Of a stretch of DNA of 64,000 nucleotides, positions 28,381 to 38,400 are shown in pieces. Each line of letters opens with the position of its first letter. The stretch's first letter is position 1. This DNA comes from Thermoplasmatales archaeon SW_10_69_26 (GTDB taxonomy: Archaea; Thermoplasmatota; SW-10-69-26): contig PXUB01000030.1 of NCBI GenBank assembly GCA_003009755.1, positions 36,638-100,637 of the forward strand. Reading direction: 5' to 3'. The position numbers were made by a program, and so were the translations under genes. The notes under the pieces are model-generated. The model worked only from the letters and a program-made list of their open reading frames with translations, made no database searches and was not told where the DNA came from.

Positions 28381-29502
28381 TCACATCCCAGGTCGGCGCA
28401 CCAGCGCGAGAGCGCCCACGCTGGCCACGGCCACACCGAACGCCAGGCCAGCGTCGGGCAGGAACGGGATCGCCGTCGCCTCGACGACCGGGCAGCGCTG
28501 GGCCTCGCCTGCCGGGTTCTTGGCCGTCACCTCGTAGCGGTACGTCGTGCCCGCCTCGGTCGTCGTGTCGACGTAGGTCGTCGCCTCCAGCTCGGCGACA
28601 GCCTCCCGGTCCCCGTCGGTCGGCGTCCGGTGGACGTGGTAGCTGTCCGCCTCGGTCGGGGCGTTCCACGAGAGACGGATCGGTCCATCCTGGGTGGCCT
28701 GGGCCTGCAGGTCCCTGGGGCAGGTCGGCCGCCGACGGTCGTGGACCGTGACCGTGGCGTGATCGCAGGGGTAGCCCTGGTCTCGCGAGCCCTCGAGGAT
28801 CTGCGTCACGAAGTAGTGGTAGGCCTGTCCCACCTCGACGTCCGTGTCCCGGTAGTCGGTGGCGTTCGGGGTGGGTCGGGCGACCGCCTGGAAGTCCCGC
28901 GTGCCGGCCGGCGCCCGCTCGACGACGTGCGCCAGCTCGTGCTCGTCCGCGAACGGTTCCTCGGCCCACTCCACGACCACGGCTCCACCCTCGACGCGGG
29001 CCGTCACCGTCTCGGGCGCCTGGCACCCGTGCGGGTCCTCGCCCGGCAGCGGCCAGACGAACCCCTCGCAGACCGTGTAGGTGACGCGCGAGACGTTCGT
29101 GGAGTGACCATCGCCCATCTTCGCCGTGAACCACTGCTCGCCGGCCTCGACGTGGCTGTGCCGCTCGAGGGGACCGATCCGGACGTCGAAGGTGCCGTTG
29201 GCGTTCTCGGCCCCCTGGGCCTCGACCGCGGTGTGGACGTGCCGGTCCTCGCGACGGTCGTGGACGACCTGGATCGTCACGTTGGCGTGGCTCATCCGGT
29301 GCCCTTCGATCCAGAACTGGCAGGAGAGATCCTCGCTCGGCGGGCCGTCCTCGGTGTCGTGGAACGTCAGCTGGCCGTGCTCGTCGCTCGTGTGGGCGGC
29401 CCCCGCACCCGCCAGGGTGACGATCGCGGCCAACATCGCCAGGCCCGCGACGGCGATCGTGGGCCCGGCGAGCCGCCACCGGTCGGCATCCCTCGCATAC
29501 AT
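28381..29502 (-). CDS. Secreted two-FN3 protein with IPFLP-TM-RR C-terminal sorting-like signal
   Basis: Signal peptide, YRYEVTAKNPAGE FN3 motif, AIPFLPDAGLAFGVAVASVGALALVRR. Confidence 0.78.
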   Translation of the reverse strand: MYARDADRWRLAGPTIAVAGLAMLAAIVTLAGAGAAHTSDEHGQLTFHDTEDGPPSEDLSCQFWIEGHRMSHANVTIQVVHDRREDRHVHTAVEAQGAENANGTFDVRIGPLERHSHVEAGEQWFTAKMGDGHSTNVSRVTYTVCEGFVWPLPGEDPHGCQAPETVTARVEGGAVVVEWAEEPFADEHELAHVVERAPAGTRDFQAVARPTPNATDYRDTDVEVGQAYHYFVTQILEGSRDQGYPCDHATVTVHDRRRPTCPRDLQAQATQDGPIRLSWNAPTEADSYHVHRTPTDGDREAVAELEATTYVDTTTEAGTTYRYEVTAKNPAGEAQRCPVVEATAIPFLPDAGLAFGVAVASVGALALVRRPGM

Positions 29503-29587
29503 CGGCGAGGCACGGTTCTCGGCCGTGCTTGAAGGAGTCTGAGGGACAGGCCCCGGCCAAGCGGGCGCCAGGCCCGGCTAGGCTCGC

Positions 29588-30649
29588 TTAGGGCGTCCAG
29601 GCGCCGGTGAGCACGGCGACGGTGCTCTCGTCCCCGTCGAGCCGGCCCTCGGCCCGCAACCGCCGGATGCCGGCCAGCGTCGTCGCCGCGGAGGCCTCCG
29701 CCAGCAGGCCGTGGGCGTGCAGGTCCGCCATCGCCTCGCGCGTGGCCTCCTCGGGCACGCTGAGCGCGGTGCCCCCGCTGGACCGAAGGGCTTCGACGAT
29801 CTGCTCGTCGCGGGGCGGCTCGGGCACGAGCAGCCCGTCGGCGAAGCGGTTGTCCCCGTCGACGTCGCCGTCGAACCGCTGCGCGATGGGATCGATCCCG
29901 GCCGCCTGCACGGCGACCAGGCGCGGCATCGCGTCGATCGCGCCGCCGGCCTTGAGCCGTGCCAGGCCCCGCTGGAGGCCGAGCACGACCGAGCCCATCG
30001 CGGCCGGCGCCACCACCGTGTCGGGCGCGGTCTCGTGTTGACGCACGATCTCGAGCGCGATCGTCGAGCAGCCCTGCACGAACCACGGCGGGTAGGTGTG
30101 GCTGGCGTAGTAGGCGTCCTCTCCCTGGCCCGCCTCGGCGGCGGCCTCGGTCACCTCGCGGCGGGGGCCCTCGACGACCTCGACGTCGGCGCCCAGCGTC
30201 CGCATCCGCTCGCGTTTGGCGTCGGTCACGTGCTCGGGCGAGAACACGGTGCAGGAGAGGCCCGCGTGGGCGGCGTAGGCGGCCACCGCGGCGCCGGCGT
30301 TGCCCGAGGAGTCCTCGGTCACGCGGCGAGCCCCCAGCGCCTGCGCAGCGCCGACGAGCACGCTGGCGCCGCGATCCTTGAACGAGCCGGTCGGGTTGGC
30401 GCCCTCCACCTTGAAGCTGGCGCCCAGCTCGTCCACGTCGACGAGCGGCGTCCACCCCTCGCCCAACGAGATCCGCCGCCGAGCGGGCGCGACCGCGCCG
30501 AAGACGTCCTCGCGGCTCGCCCAGGCCTGCAGCTCGTCGGCCCCGATCGCGTCCCCGGCATCGGGCGGGTCGAGGGCGCCCCCGCACCCGCACCGGCTTC
30601 GCTCCACCGGGTGGGCCTGACCGCAATCGATGCAGACGAGCTCGTCCAT
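29588..30649 (-). CDS. Threonine synthase-like fold-II PLP enzyme
   Basis: CxxC..CxC N-terminus, LGEGWTPL, NPTGSFKDRG, DSSGNAG. Confidence 0.85.
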   Translation of the reverse strand: MDELVCIDCGQAHPVERSRCGCGGALDPPDAGDAIGADELQAWASREDVFGAVAPARRRISLGEGWTPLVDVDELGASFKVEGANPTGSFKDRGASVLVGAAQALGARRVTEDSSGNAGAAVAAYAAHAGLSCTVFSPEHVTDAKRERMRTLGADVEVVEGPRREVTEAAAEAGQGEDAYYASHTYPPWFVQGCSTIALEIVRQHETAPDTVVAPAAMGSVVLGLQRGLARLKAGGAIDAMPRLVAVQAAGIDPIAQRFDGDVDGDNRFADGLLVPEPPRDEQIVEALRSSGGTALSVPEEATREAMADLHAHGLLAEASAATTLAGIRRLRAEGRLDGDESTVAVLTGAWTP

Positions 30650-30787
30650 CGCCGAGCCAACACCGCTGGGGCTGTTCAAAGCGACGGTCCCTCCCCCCGA
30701 CCCCGGGTCCCCGGCCGGGTGGCCCCCTGTCACCTCGCGGCCTGGCGTCCACACTTTTAACAATAGGGGAAGCCTCAACCCCAGGGG

Positions 30788-33097
30788 ATGGAGGTTCTCT
30801 CGCGCGACGAGCTCTCCCGCGAACGAGAGAACGAGCTCCGTTCAGCGGGGGCCACCGTGGACGCGACCGGGCGCTGGCTGCGCGTGCCCGAATCCACGCC
30901 CGACACGGTGGATCGACCGGTGATCGAGCTGGCGGCCTCGGACTTCCACACCACGGCCTACGTTCCAGAGGAGGCGCTCGACGACGTGAGCGACGTCCTC
31001 GAGGACAGCCGCTGGCGGGAGACCGACGACCCCGAGGTCTTCCAAGCCGGCGTCTACCGTCTCAGTCGCGGGCACAGGGCCCTCCGCGACACCGGGGTCC
31101 CGGTCTTCTGGCGGCGTGGCGACACGCGCGAGGAGCTGTCCTTCGAGCTGCGGCACTTCCAGGAGCGCGCCGGCGGCGACGTGATGGTGCTCCTCGAGCG
31201 CTACGATCCCGACCACTGGCTCGTCGAGCGCGTCGTCTCCAACGCCAAGCAGACCTGGTACCGCGAGGAGGGCCTGCTCATGGTGGGCCCGCCCGCCTAC
31301 AACAAGACGATCGCCGAGCTCGCCGCGCGCGGCGCCAGCTGCGTCTACGAGCCCGATCTCGTCGACCGCGCCGAGGGCGAGGGCGTCGACACCGACACCG
31401 ACGTCAAGCTCCGCGTCGCCAAGGACATGGTCGCCAACCCCTGCCGCTTCCGCATCATCGAGGGATCGATGACGATGGCCAAGGGCCTGGCCGACCGTCT
31501 GAACGAGGTCGGCGAACGCGAGGAGGACCAGTGGCTGGTCCCCCGCGAGGAGGCCGTCCCCCTCGTCGACGATCTGCGCGAGCGCGGCATCGAGATGGTG
31601 ACCCGCCGCCTGGACGGTCGACGCACCGACTACGAGCACTGGCGGCCCGACCTCCCGATGGACCGCGGCCCCGGGCGCCCGAAGGAGCGCGACCCGGTCG
31701 ATCTCGAGCTGGAGGAGCCCGTGCCGGATCTGCAGGCCCACACGGTGCTCGACGACCACCAGCGCCGCGGCGTGGCCTACATCCGCGGACGCGACTACCG
31801 CTGCGTCGTCGGCGACGAGATGGGCCTGGGCAAGACGTTGACCAGCCTCTCGGCCGCCCAGTACCTCGAGGGACCCACGCTCGTCGTCTGCCCCTCGAAC
31901 GCTCGCCCGGTCTGGCCGCGCGAGATCGAGAAGTGGATCGAGGCCGACGACCGCGTCCTCTCGCCCGGCGACGACGTCGAGGAAGCCATGGCGCAGATGC
32001 AGGGCGCGGACCCGCCCGACTACGCGATCGTCAGCTACGACGGCATGGATCGCTTCTACGACGTGATCGAGGAGACGGACTGGTCGCTGGTCATCATCGA
32101 CGAGGCCCACTACCTCCGCAACCGACGCACCAAGCGCGTCCAGCTCGCTCGGGAGCTGTTGCTCGACGTCCCACGCCGGGTCCTGTTGACCGGGACCCCG
32201 CTGATGAACGATCCCAGCGAGCTCCGGTCGCTTCTGTACTTCGTGCATCCCGACGAGTGGGAGGACGCCTCCTGGTTCCGCCGCCGGTTCAAGAAGCCCT
32301 GGGAGCGCGGCACGCCCGAGGTCCGCGAACAGGTCGTCGAGCGCCTGCACGAGTACCTCGACGACGTCATGGTCCGCCGCGTCAAGTCCGACATCTTCCG
32401 CCAGCTGCCCGACAAGGCCACCCACGTCCACCAGGTCGACCTCACGCCCGGCTGGCGGCGCGAGTACCGCGAGGAGGAGCAACAGTACGCCGAGGAGCAC
32501 GAGGCCAGCTCCGACGCGCTGGGGTCCCTACAGCGCCTCAACCGGCTTCGACAGCTCGCCGTCAACGGCAAGCTCGAGGACGTCATCCCGCACATCGAGC
32601 GCCTGCTCGCCAAGGACGAGAAGGTCGTCGTGTTCGGGTTCTTCCTCTCCGGGCTCCGCACCCTCGAGGAGGCCTTCGACGACCGCGAGCCCGCTTGGCT
32701 CACCGGCAGCTCGTCCGACAAGCAGCGCAAGCAGGCCGTCCAGCGGTTCCAATCCGACCCCGACTGCCAGCTGTTCCTCGGCCAGATCAACGCCGCCGGG
32801 CAGGCGATCACGCTCACCGCCGCCCGCCACGTCGTGTTCCTCGACCTCGTGTGGAATCCCAGCGTGATGCGCCAAGCGATGGACCGCGTGCACCGCCGCG
32901 GCCAGGAGGACAGCGTGCACGTGCACTTCTTCGTGACCGAGGACACGATCGAGGAGGACATCCGGACCGTGCTCGAGGAGAAGGCCCGGCTCGTGGACGC
33001 CGTCGTCGACGACGCCGCGTTCCGCGACATGGACGCCGTCCACTGGGAGATCACCGAGCGCCTGCTCGACCGCCGCGGCGACGATCAGGGCGAGTGA
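30788..33097 (+). CDS. SNF2/SWI2-family ATPase (SMARCAL1/HARP-like)
   Basis: DEMGLGKT, DEAH, LTGTP and WNPS..QAMDRVHRRGQ motifs. Confidence 0.92.
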   Translation: MEVLSRDELSRERENELRSAGATVDATGRWLRVPESTPDTVDRPVIELAASDFHTTAYVPEEALDDVSDVLEDSRWRETDDPEVFQAGVYRLSRGHRALRDTGVPVFWRRGDTREELSFELRHFQERAGGDVMVLLERYDPDHWLVERVVSNAKQTWYREEGLLMVGPPAYNKTIAELAARGASCVYEPDLVDRAEGEGVDTDTDVKLRVAKDMVANPCRFRIIEGSMTMAKGLADRLNEVGEREEDQWLVPREEAVPLVDDLRERGIEMVTRRLDGRRTDYEHWRPDLPMDRGPGRPKERDPVDLELEEPVPDLQAHTVLDDHQRRGVAYIRGRDYRCVVGDEMGLGKTLTSLSAAQYLEGPTLVVCPSNARPVWPREIEKWIEADDRVLSPGDDVEEAMAQMQGADPPDYAIVSYDGMDRFYDVIEETDWSLVIIDEAHYLRNRRTKRVQLARELLLDVPRRVLLTGTPLMNDPSELRSLLYFVHPDEWEDASWFRRRFKKPWERGTPEVREQVVERLHEYLDDVMVRRVKSDIFRQLPDKATHVHQVDLTPGWRREYREEEQQYAEEHEASSDALGSLQRLNRLRQLAVNGKLEDVIPHIERLLAKDEKVVVFGFFLSGLRTLEEAFDDREPAWLTGSSSDKQRKQAVQRFQSDPDCQLFLGQINAAGQAITLTAARHVVFLDLVWNPSVMRQAMDRVHRRGQEDSVHVHFFVTEDTIEEDIRTVLEEKARLVDAVVDDAAFRDMDAVHWEITERLLDRRGDDQGE

Positions 33098-34302
33098 AGC
33101 TCGCGCACCACGTGCGCGACCTCCCAATCGGTGCCGCCCTCGTCGAGGCTGGCCTGCCCCTCGTAGGTGCCGGTCACGAGGTCCCCGTCGGCCAGCTCGC
33201 TCGTCCACGACAGCTCGACGCCTCCACCGTAGACGCCGGCCACCGAGGACTCGATCACCGTCGCGGCCGGGCTGGCGAGCTGGACGTCCAGGCTGCCGGG
33301 CCCGGTCGTCGCCATCGGTCCGGCGGGCCGAGCCACCAGGCCCGCCTGCACCGGTGCCTGCGCCTGCTCGAAGGTCCACGAGACGTCCTCACCGGACGAG
33401 ACCGTGTTCCACGAGCCCTGGGTCGTCTCGGTCGGGACGACGTCCAGGGGCGCCTGCGGCGGGTTGGACGCGTTGACGGGACGGACCGCGATCGAGCTCG
33501 CGGCCACGCCGGTCGTCTCCCCGCCAGGTGTGACGAGCACGGTGTAGGTCCCCGCGGCGTCGGCACCGACGGGCCGGCTGACGACGCCCGAGCGCGGTTC
33601 CAGCTGCTCGCGCTCGCCCGAGGGGCCCCACACGTTCACCGCGCCGAGCGAGGCACCCTCGGCCGCCTCGAGGGCGAACCCGCCGCTGGTCTCCGTGACC
33701 GGGACCGCCGTCGGGACGCCGGCGAGGGTGGCATCGCCGTGAGCCGTGATCGTGGCCTCGAGCGTGTACTCCTGCTCGGGGCTCTCGCCGCTGGTGTCCG
33801 CCTGCACGAGGGCGACGACGGACCCAACGTTGCCCGTGCGAGCCAGCGAGGCCTCCATCCAGATCGTGTCCTGCTCGAAGCTCTTCACGTAGTGGGTATC
33901 GTAGACCTCGACGTTCTCGAACAGCCACTCCCCGTTGAGTTGGGTCGTCTCACCGCTGTACTCGATCGTGACGTTCACGGTGACGGGGACGCCGGTCGGG
34001 ACCTCGGGGGTGAGATCGTGCTCGCGCGTGTCCGCTCCGCGCAGGCTGCCGCCGGCGAAGGCGCCATCCCCGGTCGTGAACGTGCCCGTCTGGGAGATCC
34101 TGGCCGTCTGCGAGGGCGCCTCGAACGCCAACCGGGCCTCGGCGCTGGCGTTGGCTGCCTCCCGCTGTGTGGGATCGTCGGCCTCCGCCTGCGTCTGATC
34201 CAACGCCTCCTCGTCGCCGCCCACGCCCAGGCATCCCGCCGCCAGCGCCACCAGTGCCAAGGCGGCCGCGAGCCCGAGCCGCCGCGCTCGCCATCCTCCC
34301 AT
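33085..34302 (-). CDS. Hypothetical lipoprotein
   Basis: RR-containing signal with LAAGC lipobox; beta-rich acidic body. Confidence 0.75.
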   Translation of the reverse strand: MGGWRARRLGLAAALALVALAAGCLGVGGDEEALDQTQAEADDPTQREAANASAEARLAFEAPSQTARISQTGTFTTGDGAFAGGSLRGADTREHDLTPEVPTGVPVTVNVTIEYSGETTQLNGEWLFENVEVYDTHYVKSFEQDTIWMEASLARTGNVGSVVALVQADTSGESPEQEYTLEATITAHGDATLAGVPTAVPVTETSGGFALEAAEGASLGAVNVWGPSGEREQLEPRSGVVSRPVGADAAGTYTVLVTPGGETTGVAASSIAVRPVNASNPPQAPLDVVPTETTQGSWNTVSSGEDVSWTFEQAQAPVQAGLVARPAGPMATTGPGSLDVQLASPAATVIESSVAGVYGGGVELSWTSELADGDLVTGTYEGQASLDEGGTDWEVAHVVRELHSP

Positions 34303-34375
34303 GAGAAACGATGACGCGCCAGCGTCTGGTTAAGCGTTGGGGGTGCCGGGGGCCCGGCTGTCTCGTTAAGCGGGG

Positions 34376-34493
34376 CCGCGAAGGACACGAAGGATCGCCA
34401 AGGCCACGAAGGGCCTGTGTACTCGCCGCCGGGCGGCTCTGTCACGGCAGCTGCTCTACTTTGTGCCCTGGCGTCCCCTCGCGTACTTGGTGG
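34376..34493. repeat. Gene-less inverted pair of tandem CRCSAAG-like 9-mer arrays
   Basis: ccgcgaag-gacacgaag-gatcgccaag-gccacgaag faces inverted ccaccaag-tacgcgagg-ggacgccagg-gcacaaag. Confidence 0.6.
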
Positions 34494-34567
34494 TCTCCCC
34501 CCGTTTCTCATCCTTACAGCGCGGCCGTGGGCTCGGCTGGCGGCCTCACGGATCGATGAGGGCGAAG

Positions 34568-35086
34568 CTACCGGCGCCGGGCGACCATCTCCTCCAGGCG
34601 GAGGACGTGGCCGTTGTTGACCTCGACGTACGTCGTCGCGTACACGCCGGCGTCGATCTCGTCCTTGGGGGGACGGGCGACCTCGAGGACATCGCGGCCC
34701 TCCAGCCGATCCTCGGTCGTCAGCGCCTCGAAGTCCCCCTCGGCGCCGATCGGCTCGGTGTCGTGCTCGGGCAGGTCCTCGCGAGCGGCCGGCTGATCGG
34801 GGCCCGGGGCCGGCTCCTCCTCGTCCTCGAGGTGGTCGGGATGCCCACCCATGAGCAGCACGACCTCCACGACGAGCAGGATCACCAGCACGACGAGCCC
34901 GCCGATCGCGATCTGGCCGACGGTGAGGCTCTCGTGGATCGAGCTGGGGTCCAAGATCCGTGCCCCGAACAGCAGGACGATCACGATCGTGGCGACCGCG
35001 ACCACGGGGATCGCGACGAGCCACCAGTTGAACCCCTGGCCGGATCCGGTCGCCTCGTCGGCGTCGGCGTTGCCGTCTTCGGCCAT
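34568..35086 (-). CDS. Hypothetical 2-TM membrane protein
   Basis: Two hydrophobic helices and an acidic C-terminal domain. Confidence 0.75.
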   Translation of the reverse strand: MAEDGNADADEATGSGQGFNWWLVAIPVVAVATIVIVLLFGARILDPSSIHESLTVGQIAIGGLVVLVILLVVEVVLLMGGHPDHLEDEEEPAPGPDQPAAREDLPEHDTEPIGAEGDFEALTTEDRLEGRDVLEVARPPKDEIDAGVYATTYVEVNNGHVLRLEEMVARRR

Positions 35087-35115
35087 GATGGGAGACTCCT
35101 TGAGACCTGGTGAAT

Positions 35116-35466
35116 TCAGGAGGCTTCTTTAGCCCTTTCGGTGCCGGACGAGGGACCCGATCGGCCCGTCGAGCCCGACAAACCGCAGGAAGGGCACTCG
35201 ATCGTATCCCCCCGACGAGGGGGATCGAACACGCTGTCACATCGGGGGCAACGGACCAGCTCGGGGTTGACCTCCCCGGTCTCGAAGTCGGCGTCCGGCC
35301 ACGCGTAGAGCAGGGCCAGGCCGACCAGGCACACCGCCTCGACGGCGATCGCCACCCACAGCAGGGTCGCCTCCTGCCAGATCCAGAAGGTCACGATCGC
35401 GCCGAGGAACGCGGCCACGGCTGCAGCCGTCAAGACCCCACCCAGCAGGCGTTCGTCGAGATCCAC
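35116..35466 (-). CDS. 2-TM protein with C-terminal zinc ribbon
   Basis: CPRC...CPSC after two TM helices. Confidence 0.75.
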   Translation of the reverse strand: MDLDERLLGGVLTAAAVAAFLGAIVTFWIWQEATLLWVAIAVEAVCLVGLALLYAWPDADFETGEVNPELVRCPRCDSVFDPPRRGDTIECPSCGLSGSTGRSGPSSGTERAKEAS

Positions 35467-35478
35467 GTGCGTCCACCT

Positions 35479-38400
35479 TCACGTCCAACGGCGGTTCAGG
35501 CCGAGCACGCCGAGCGCGACGGCCGTCGCCGTCAGGACCGTGAGCAGGGTCCATTCGGGGATGAAGTTGTCGCCTTCGACCTCGTCCCCCTGGACGGAGA
35601 ACGCGTGCGCCGAGTCCGCCGTTTTCGGTCCCTCGTCGGTGACCGCGGAGAGGCTGATCTCGTAGTCGCCGCGCTCCTCGGGCGCCTGGAAGGTGCCCTC
35701 CCAGCTGGATCCGCCGACGTTCTCGAGCTCGACCCGCTGGACGACCTCGCCACCCGAGGTGATGTTCGCCCAGGCGCGGCGGACGTTGCCGTCGATCTGC
35801 ACCCGGAACGTCGTCTCCTGGTTCGGCGAGAGCACGTCCTGGCCGTCCTCCTCGCGCGTGTCCTGCAGCTCGGGCGAGGAGAACGTCTCGCCGAGGTTGC
35901 GGACGGTCACGTTGACCTCGTCCGCGGCGAAGTTCTGCCCGTCGAGCACGAACACCTGCAGCGTGACGTCGCCGTTCGGCAGCGCGGTCGTGTCCAGGCG
36001 GTAGGAGCCGCGGTTCGGGATGTCCTGCGCCTCGGGGATCTCCTGGAACGTTCCGCCCGGCTGCTTGTAGAACAGGCTGATCCGCAGCTCGTCGGTGGGC
36101 GTCTCGGCGTCCGTCGCCGTCCAGGCAGCCTGCGTGGTCCCGGTGATCGTGTCGCCCTCCGCCGGACGGTCGAACGCCACGCTCGGCACGCTGTCGCCGG
36201 CGGTGAAGTTCTTCTCCGTGCTCGAGCGCACGTTGCCGAAGATGTCGGTCGCCTCGACGGTGAAGCGGACCGTGGCGCCCTCCTGGAAGGCCTGGTCGGT
36301 GCGCTGGTTGAACAGACGCACGCTCCACGTGCCGTCCTCCTCCTCGAGCGCCAGGGTCTGATCGGGGCCGTCGTCGACGTTGTAGACGGCCTCGACCTTC
36401 TGCACCTCGGCGTCCTCGGTCACGTTCGCGAACACGACCTCGCGCGGCTTGCCGGGCTCGGCGAACACCTCGATCGAGGGGCCCAGCTGGTCGAACAGGA
36501 CCGGCTGCTGCCGCTCGTCGCCGGTGTTGCCGACGGCGTCCTCGGCGACGACCGAGATCTGGTAGACGCCGTGCCCGTCGACGACCTCGTCGAACTCCTG
36601 CAGGCGCAGGGTCCCCTCGCCGCCGGCGAGCGTGATCGTCTGGCTGGCGCCCGAGTCGGCGTGCGTGACGGTGACCTCCGTCTGACCGGCTCCGGAGGCG
36701 CCGTCGGTGACCGAGACGTCGATGTCGGTCGGGAGACCGATGACTTGTCGGTCGCCGCGCTGGATGGCCGGCCCCATCTCCAGCTCGGCCGAGGGCCCCT
36801 CGGCGTCGACCTGGAACTGGTGACGGAGGGTGTCGCTCTCCTGCGGCGGCTCGGAGACGTCGGCCGCCTCCAGCGTCACGTCGACGGTCGACCCCGACGC
36901 GAAGCTCTCGGGAGGGTCGTACTTGACGCGGTAGCAGTCCTCGCAATCGTCGATCGGCGAGATCTCGGCCTCGTCGGTCACGTCCTCGCCGTTGACGCCG
37001 AAGCTGATCGAGCTCTTGTTGACGCCTTGACCGAAGTCGACGACGTCGGCCCGGATCGTCGGTTCGGCCGGTCCATAGGTGCCCTCGGCCGGTCCGCGGA
37101 CGTCGGGCGAGAACTTCTGGGCCTGCGGCGGCAGGTTGTCCTTGACCTGCAACTCGCCGGCGGCGGTCGACTGCTTGCCGGTGTAGTCCTCGACGGTCAC
37201 GTCGTAGGTCCAGGTGCCGACGTCGACCTCGGTGGCGTTCACGGGGCCGTAGACCCAGCGATCCTGGGTCTCGTTGTAGGTCATGTCCAGCGCGCCGGTC
37301 GCCCCGGAGGTGGGTCGGTCGATGCGGAGCGTCGGCGGCTGCACGGCCGTGTCGTCGGAGACGTCGGCCACCCACGTGATGGGTCCGCCGACCTCCTGGG
37401 TGCCGTTCGGGATCGTGCGGAAGTCCACGATCGTCGGTGCTTGGGTGTCGTTGACGGCGACGGAGACGTCTTGGCCGCGTGTCACCTGGTCGGCGAAGTC
37501 GGTGACGGCCAGGCGAACCGTGTACGTGCCGCCGCGGTCGAAGAACTCGGCGTCCGGACCGACCGCGACGTTGGCCTCGTAGGTGCCGTTGCGGGTCGTC
37601 TGATCGTCGATCTGGTCGACCGGCAAGGGAGCGTCGACGAACTCGTCGGCGCCGGGCTTGCGGATCTCGAGGCTCACGTTCTCGACGCGGAGGGCATCGC
37701 GCGCGTCGGCGCGGGCCGTCACCTCGTCGCCGGGGTCGACGGCGGTGGGACTGACGCTTGCGTTCGAGAGCAGCGGCTCCGTGTTACCGTTCTCGTTCAC
37801 GCGATCGGCGATCTCGCCGACCCGGCCCTCGGTCGTGTTGCGTCCGAAGTTGTCGCTCACGTGGTAGTCGACGTCGAACTCGCCGACCCAGTCGAGGTCC
37901 AGGTCCTGGTCGGAGCTGTTGGCGTAGTACCACTGCCAGCTCTCCGTCTTGGTCTCGGTCTCGTCGCCTTCGGTGTCGCACCCACCGCCGGTGCGTTGGT
38001 CGGTGCCGGTCGCCGTGTCGACCCGGCAGTGCTCGATCATCTCGACGTCGAGCCAGGCGGCCGTCGTCCCGTTCGGGCGGACGACCTCGACGCTCGTGTT
38101 CTCGGCGACGGCCTCGTCCGAGAGCTCGGTGCCGTTGATCGACGCGGTGATGTTGAACCGGTTGTCGGGCTCGTCGGCGGAGCCGCGGTACCGGGGCGGG
38201 TCGGAGCCGAAGCTCGCCTCGCCGTTGACGCGGAAGCCGTCCCCGCCGGGCGGATCGATCTCGATCTCGGTCGGCAGCGAGGTGAGATCGAACTGCATGC
38301 CGTCGGAGACCGTCGTGTGCTCGGTGTCCTCGGCGCGGACCTTGAAGACGTAGCGATCGGGATCGCCCTGGATGGTCGTCGTGACCTCCCAGATGGCGCG

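Noticed and set aside
29588-30649. PLP enzyme as the missing EgtE C-S lyase
   Set aside because: Fold-II threonine-synthase-like, whereas EgtE is fold I; opposite strand and separated by an unrelated gene.
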